Shown here: positions 56,052-64,000 of the stretch, in pieces
How positions within the stretch are numbered: the stretch's first letter is position 1
Layout of the letters: each line of letters begins with the position of its first letter
Assembly: GCA_951406725.2 (NCBI GenBank)
Contig: OX597840.1
Coordinates: 11,284,001 to 11,348,000 of the forward strand
Direction of reading: 5' to 3'
Length of the DNA: 64,000 nt
From: Octopus vulgaris
Lineage: Eukaryota
Position numbers and translations under genes: made by a program
Notes under the pieces: generated by a model
What the model saw: the letters and a program-made list of their open reading frames with translations, nothing else
Database searches by the model: none
Told to the model about the DNA's origin: nothing

Positions 56052-56209
56052 GTCGGTGGTGACGAACCCAGATGTTTGACTTGGCTGTAACTGGAGACGC
56101 CAGCGGAGACTGGTTGACAGGAATCGTAAGTAGATGCCATAAGTTCGAATCTGGAGTGGGGCGATGCCATTGTTAATTTGGATCAGCTGTGGATGAGGCG
56201 ATTCGTTTC

Positions 56210-56508
56210 TACACACACACATGCATACACACACATGCATACACACACACACACATATACATACAGACACACAGACAACCACACGCACAAAGGCACACAC
56301 ACACACACAAACATGCATACACACATAACCATGTTGAGGCACACATACACACACATACACACATACATACATACATACATACACACATACACACACACAC
56401 ATGCATACACATGCATACACACACACACATATACATACAGACACAGAGACAACCACACGCACAAAGGCACACACACGCAAACATGCATTCACACATAACA
56501 ATGTTGAG

Positions 56509-56539
<31 letters not shown>

Positions 56540-57384
56540 TACATACACACACAGGCACACACACACAGGCACACACACACAGACGCACACACATACATAC
56601 ATACAGACACACACAACCACACGCACAAAGGCACACACACGCAAACATGCATACACATATAACCATGTTGAGGCACACACACATACACACACACACATAC
56701 ATACACACACAGGCACACACACACCACACACACACACAGACGCACACACACACATACATACATACATACATACATACACACACACACAACCACACGCAAA
56801 CATATACACACACAGAGACACACGCACACATGCACACATGCAAGCACACACATACACACTCAAGCACGCATTTGCATATACATACTTATACAAACGTATA
56901 TACACGTAAACACACACATAGAAACACAAACACTTGAACACACACACACACACACACATGCACACACACACATACACAAACTCACAATCACACACACATA
57001 TTCATAAATATACACATATGATCGTACAGATACTCACAAATACAGCGAAAACGACACACACACACACACACACATACACACAGACACACACACACACACA
57101 GACGCACACACACACACACACACACACATGCACTCACATACACAAACACATTCACACACACATATTCATAAATATACACATATGATCGTACAGATACTCA
57201 CAAATACAGCGAAAACGACACACACACACACACACACATACACACAGACGCACACACACACACACACAGACGCACACACACACACACACACACACATGCA
57301 CTCACATACACAAACACATTCACACACACATATTCATAAATATACACATATGATCGTACAGATACTCACAAATACAGCGAAAAC

Positions 57385-57427
<43 letters not shown>

Positions 57428-57728
57428 ACAGACACACACACACACACAGACGCACACACACACACACACATGCACTCACATACACAAACACATTCACACA
57501 CACATATTCATAAATATACACATATGATCGTACAGATACTCACAAATACAGCGAAAACGACACACACACACACACACACATACACACATACACACAGACA
57601 CACAGACACACACAGACGCACACACACACACACACACACATGCACTCACATACACAAACACATTCACACACACATATTCATAAATATACACATATGATCG
57701 TACATATACTCACAAATACAGCGAAAAC

Positions 57729-57770
<42 letters not shown>
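56210..57770. repeat. CA-rich higher-order tandem repeats (3 units of one type, 5 of another, each ~170 bp)
   Basis: Cores CAACCACACGCACAAAGGC x3 and ATATTCATAAATATACACATATGATCGTAC x5, separated by variable (CA)n. Confidence 0.9.
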
Positions 57771-57775
<5 letters not shown>

Positions 57776-58113
57776 TTACACATACACACACATGTTCACA
57801 AGCACACACACACACACATACACACACGCGGACACGTATACTTGAAGCGATAAATCAGTTTAAAATATTTTTAAAAAACACGAGAAAAAAAAACGAACAA
57901 AACAAACGGAAAACAACCCATAAAAACAGTTTTTTTTTTGTTAAGTGTCACGAGAATATGACAGGGTAGAAGGCGGGGTCCCGTGGGTGAACACCTTGTA
58001 CCCCGGGGTGTTGAGAAAGTGTCACAGAAATAGGTTTGAGGGCCAATAAACTCAGTAAGTGAGCTGTGAAATAATGATGTGGACGGGTCGAGGGGATAGT
58101 GAGAGGGAGAAAA

Positions 58114-58144
<31 letters not shown>

Positions 58145-58228
58145 TAGAGAGAGAGAGGGAGAGAGGGAGAGAGAGAGAGAGAAAAGATAGATAGGTAGAT
58201 AGATAGATAGACAGACGGACGGACGGAC

Positions 58229-58339
<111 letters not shown>

Positions 58340-58416
58340 GAAGGGGTAGAAAGGGAGAGTAAACAGGAGAGTCAGTGAGTAGAAGGGTGAGGAGGGAGAT
58401 GTATTCAAACGGGTGG

Positions 58417-58465
<49 letters not shown>

Positions 58466-58759
58466 TAAAAGATATCATTTAAAAACCGTAATTCTAATTA
58501 TCTCTTAGGCAGCCATATTTGATACCCCCATCAACCATTAACGCCCCGCACCACCGCCGGCGTCATCATCATCACCGTCACCATCACAATAGCCATCACT
58601 GCCACCGCTACTGTCACCACGGCCACCACCACCACCATCACAACCGCCACTAAGTCACCGCTCTCACGCCACGCTAGGGGGCGGTGCTGTAAACGATATC
58701 AGAAGATTGACACAGGTTGCAATTGTTCCGCTGCTGCTGTTGCTGCTACTACTACTACG

Positions 58760-58803
<44 letters not shown>

Positions 58804-58994
58804 CGCCACCATCAAGATGGTTAATTTAGTTGGAGTGATGTCAACACATAATTATTTGTTGATTTCTAATGTCCAACACACACACACACACACACACACA
58901 TACACACATATATATATATTCGCCATGATAGATCGTTAGCTCCTACACGCATTTTTTTCTCTCCTTGTTTCTCTCCTTGTTTTTTTTCTGTGTA

Positions 58995-59032
58995 TCTTTC
59001 TGTTGAAGAGCGTAGGCTCGAAACATAAAAGA
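58995..59032 (+). ncRNA. Minimal hammerhead-like motif (A6U variant) in TA-flanked element 58921-59121
   Basis: UCUUU-CUGUUGA-A-GAGC-GUAG-GCUC-GAAAC-AUA-AAAGA. Confidence 0.55.
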
Positions 59033-59123
59033 CTTTTTCTATTCCTGAGCGCCATACTAATACATTTGTTTGTTTGTACTCCACCTGCCTTCGTCTTTTG
59101 TTTATTTTCGTAAACATTCCCTT

Positions 59124-59195
<72 letters not shown>

Positions 59196-59381
59196 TTATA
59201 AAATGAGATAGGGGTTGAAAAATTCAACCCACCATGGGATAACATATATCCAATATACTGCTAGATAGGTACCCAACAAGACTAATACATAGATGTTAAA
59301 AATTGCCAAGCAATTAGTTCATCTATTGTATTATATGGGCAAAGGTAATAATATTACCGTTCTCCATTTTCTAATTTTGTA

Positions 59382-59443
<62 letters not shown>

Positions 59444-59528
59444 AGGTTTGGAGATGATGTACAGGTATTATATATTAGAAGAAATGAGGTAATCAGAAGA
59501 TCGGATGGTTTATATTTACAGATATTTA

Positions 59529-59702
59529 TTTATATATTACATTTTTTACATATATATCATATCACTGAGATCATTAGCGCTTTCTCCCATTCTAGTGGGG
59601 TTTTCAAATCATTTTTTTTTAATTTGAAAACCCCACTAGAATGGGAGAAAGCGCTAATGATCTCAGTGATATGATATATATGTAAAAAATGTAATATATA
59701 AA
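59529..59702. repeat. Palindrome, 81-bp arms and 12-bp spacer, each arm with a U3/A8 hammerhead-like motif
   Basis: Arms 59529-59609 and 59622-59702; motif UUGAAAA-CCCC-ACUAGAAU-GGGA-GAAA-GCGC-UA-AUGAU. Confidence 0.9.
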
Positions 59703-60157
59703 AAAGCAGCAAACAGAAGACTCCAGACAGAACTGAGATTGGAGCACCTCCACAATATGGCCTACATAAGGTACAAAGAAACCGAGATGCATTTTCTGAG
59801 CAACTGATTGGAGGTATATGGATGCAGACGATAGAATTCTACATATTGTTTCTTTTTCAGAACGATAACCCACAGAATATTGGAAGGGAACTGCAGAGAA
59901 CTTTCAGTAAATTTCTCGTTTAAATTTTAGCCTTGTGTTAAAAATATATAGTTTCTCAATCACTTCTATTCGAATTTTAAAATTTATGTCATGTATTAAA
60001 TTAATTTTTTATAAATACCAGACAATGTTATAAAGGGAATAAAGTTATAAAACGAATGAATTATTTATTAATCAATTTCCCTGGCGTTGAGTCGGCGGTG
60101 TTTAAGTTGGCGGTGGTGAGTTGTCTTGCACCCATATATATACATACATATATATAT

Positions 60158-60216
<59 letters not shown>

Positions 60217-60361
60217 AAAAGCAATTAAGATTCAAGTCAATTCTAATGAATTTACTTGAATGCGGTACTTAACTTAGATGCACCAGAAAACTATATGGTG
60301 TTAACCATACAGTAATGTGGGGTGATTATAAACGAGAAAGAAGCAACAAGAATGGATTAGT

Positions 60362-60452
60362 TTTTAGTACAATTGTTTCATACAAAGACAGGCTTTATTA
60401 AAAGTTTCAAATATTGCAGCAGATAAAAGTGTCCCGTACTCATCAGCTAAAA
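60362..60452 (-). ncRNA. Type I hammerhead ribozyme with canonical core, in TA-flanked element ~60212-60608
   Basis: UUUUAG-CUGAUGA-GUAC...GUAU-GAAA-CAAUUG-UA-CUAAAA: perfect 6-bp stem I and palindromic stem III. Confidence 0.8.
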
Positions 60453-60614
60453 CACATATGAGTTCTCCAAACATCTTAGTGGGTGAGGCTACACTCATGA
60501 AGTATTGGAGATAATTTCATTAAAAGCAGATTTAGGTTGTAAACAGACTTCCGAAGTTCTTTAATGATGATGCACAGTCTTATCACAGGTTTTTAAAAAA
60601 AGGCGAAATATATA

Positions 60615-60716
<102 letters not shown>

Positions 60717-60809
60717 CATATATGTATATATATATATATGATATGTAAGATATATTTGCTGCTTTTTAATAAACAATATATATATATATATCCATACATG
60801 TATACATAC

Positions 60810-60850
<41 letters not shown>

Positions 60851-61229
60851 TCGACTGCATTCTTCCACTTAAAGTAAATGGCGTTGTAGCAAATCAGCAA
60901 AAGCCTGGAGAATTAGAATTGGAAGAAACGTGGATTTTTGTCAACTTGTACGAACCTGTGGGCACCGTGACCATCTCGTAAAAACTTGTATGTACTGAAA
61001 AGTTGCTGGCTTTAAGTGTGTCGCGAAAGGCCTGGTTGGAGGGCCTAATCTTCCGAGTTCTTTTATAGGACTTAGGAAAAAACTGAAGGACCGCTGCAAT
61101 AAATGTGTGAATATCTGAGAGGGGAATATGTTGGATAAAATCATAATTAACTGATCCTCCTGTATTTTCTTTTACCCAAGGCCAAGAACTTTTCAGCCCC
61201 ACCCCTTGTAAACCCTTCGATTAGGAATA

Positions 61230-62025
61230 ACCTGTCGGTATATTTGTTACTTAGGGAAACATCCTGCCACATCCGTCAGGTAGAGAAAATCTGTTGACAC
61301 ACCTGTCAGACACTAGGAAACCCTTGATGCACCTATCGAAAAGGAGGAAACCGTTGGTACACCTGCCAATTAGTGGAAATTTTTGGTGCACTTATCGATT
61401 AGGAGAAGTCTGCTAGTACCCCTATGTTCATACTTGTGAACATGGGGGTACTAGTTGGTACACGTTTCAACTGATAGAAATCTATGGTACACCTTCCAAC
61501 GAGTGAAAATCTGTTTGTACACCTGTCAATTAAGAACTTGTTAGTCCTTGTTGACTACGAATATGTTGGCACACCTGTCAGCTGGGAGGAATCTGTTGGT
61601 ACACCTGTCACGTAGGAATCTGTAGTTACACCTGTCATTGAGTAGGTACACCTATCCACAAGTGGGAACCTGTTTGCACACCTGTCAACTAATAACTGGT
61701 TGGTACACTTATCAAATAGTAGAAACCTGTTTGCACACCTCTCTACTAGTAATCTATTGGTAGACCTGTCATTGAGTCGGTACACCTATCCACAAGTGGG
61801 AACCTGTTTGCACACCTGTCAACTAATAACTGGTTGGTACACTTATCAAATAGTAGAAACCTGTTTGCACACCTGTCTACTAGTAATCTGTTGGTACATC
61901 TGTCATTGAGTAGGTACACCTATCCAAAAGTGGGAACCTGTTTGCACACCTGTCAACTAATAACTGGTTGGTACACTTATCAAATAGTAGAAACCTGTTT
62001 GCACACCTGTCTACTAGTAATCTGT
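61230..62025. repeat. Diverged short-period satellite with three 134-bp higher-order units
   Basis: TACACCTGTC core throughout; CTGTCATTGAG at 61632, 61766 and 61900. Confidence 0.88.
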
Positions 62026-62229
62026 GTGTGCAACCTGGTAATTAAGACGTTTGGGCAACTGACTTCTACTATTGTCTCAAGCTGACCAAAGCCTTATGAA
62101 CGGATTTGGCAGACAGAATCTGATAGAAGCTCGTTGTAATTAATAAATCTCCTAGTATATTCCATCTTCCGTCTTTCATTTACCAATATACATAACGAAC
62201 ACTGTGATAGAGACCAGGTAGGTTTTATT

Positions 62230-62600
<371 letters not shown>

Positions 62601-62872
62601 ATAATATATCTCTGAACGAGGTATATATATCTATATATATAGGGGTAAAATATGAAAAATCAACGAAAATGCATATTGCAAATAGAAAAAGGCTATTTAT
62701 GACAGGTAACGACAAATATATACATTTAGAATGACTGAGGTAGTAATACGAGTCATAAAAGTCATTATTATGAGATGATTATAAGATGATAATAAAGTAA
62801 GAGAACAAAACAAACCAATGGTTTACGCAAAGCTATTCATCGTTTGAACATATATATATATATATATATACA

Positions 62873-63048
62873 CTGTTGTGTCTGGGGAGAGTCATTCTCT
62901 TTTAGTGCCTTATTATTTAACACACTCATCGGTAAAATTTCCACTTATTTCTTATTTTTATTTTCTAAAATTTTCGTTGGAAATTTTACCGGTGAGTGTG
63001 TTAAATAATAAGGCACTAAAAGAGAATGACTCTCCCCAGACACAACAG
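62873..63048. repeat. Palindrome, 71-bp arms and 34-bp spacer, from the 5380/5961 family
   Basis: Arms 62873-62943 and 62978-63048 with one mismatch; flanked by (TA)n. Confidence 0.93.
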
Positions 63049-63590
63049 AATATGCTTCAACACACGAACTTATATAAAGAATCTTGCAAACCAAATCCAA
63101 AAGCGAAATATATAAATATATATATATACATACATATATACATACATATATATATATACATATATATACATACATGCATACACAGACAGACACACATATA
63201 TAAATATCTGTGTGGGAGTGTGTCTTTGTGTCCCAGTTTGTCCCCCTAACACTGCTTGACAACCGGTGCTGGTGTGTTTACATCCCCCGTAACTTCACAG
63301 TTCGGCAAAAGGATCCGATGGAATAAGTACCAGGATTTAGAACGAAAAAAAGATGTCTTGGGGGTCGATTTACTCAACTAAAAATTTCTCAAGACGGTGC
63401 CCCAGCATGGCCGCAGCCTAAAGACTGAAACCAGTAAAAGACATTCTTGTATGTATGTGTGTATATATATATATATATATATGTATAAAGTTAATCCAAA
63501 CATGAAAACACAAAGAGAAAACACAACAACGCGAGGACGTGGAGCAAATATAGTATTAATGGACGCTCAAGAAAGAAGGGAAGAAGGAGG

Positions 63591-63625
63591 ATTTAACATT
63601 TCGAGCGGAGTTCTTCGTCAGAAAC
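63591..63625 (-). ncRNA. Minimal hammerhead-like motif in TA-adjacent element ~63487-63695
   Basis: GUUU-CUGACGA-A-GAAC-UCC-GCUC-GAAAU-GUU-AAAU; one mismatch in stem II. Confidence 0.6.
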
Positions 63626-64000
63626 ATAGGAAAAGGAAAAGTCCAAGGAAGGGAAGACGGAGGGGAAAAATCGCCAACGGTACACACGCGGTCATGCGTG
63701 TGTGCTTGTGTTTCTGTTTGTCCTCACTGAATGTATGTTTGTACGCATGAATGAATGTAGGTGTAAAATAAACTATGAAAATTCTGATTGGGAGTACGTT
63801 AACAGAAAACAGGTGTTAGCAATTTAAAAGCGAAAAATGGATCTTTTCGGTTTGACCGGCAGTTTTTAAAAATAATTTCTAGGCAACTAAACACTTTTAA
63901 ACTTCGTATGCTGGTAGAATGTGTTTATAAAATATCTTTTTCTTTTGGCTTTTTTGACAAAATTCTATATTTTCTAAGATATTTGTTGTAGTTTTTTTCT

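Overview
Non-coding, AT-rich eukaryotic DNA packed with microsatellites and transposon debris. The repeat make-up looks like a cephalopod, probably Octopus; this is inferred from repeat style and was not verified. I found no intact host gene, and nearly all ORFs in the track are microsatellite or SINE artefacts. Recognisable content: at least five tRNA-headed SINE families (my labels A-E; several copies have clear target-site duplications), 3' ends of RTE-type LINEs, many fragments of R4/Dong-like restriction-endonuclease retrotransposons sitting in (TAA)n tracts, Tc1/mariner remnants and MITEs, and many local tandem amplifications. The main finding is about ten sequence-unrelated short non-coding elements, embedded in or beside (TA)n tracts, that each carry a type I hammerhead-ribozyme-like fold. 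These folds have a palindromic stem III and include canonical cores, compensatory U3/A8 cores and an A6U core. Four loci are long inverted duplications; three have ribozyme-like motifs in the arms and one has a partial motif in the spacer. This fits a dense population of Penelope-like pseudo-LTR or retrozyme-type elements that target TA microsatellites. All folds were assigned by eye, none is tested for activity, and boundaries of degenerate elements are approximate.
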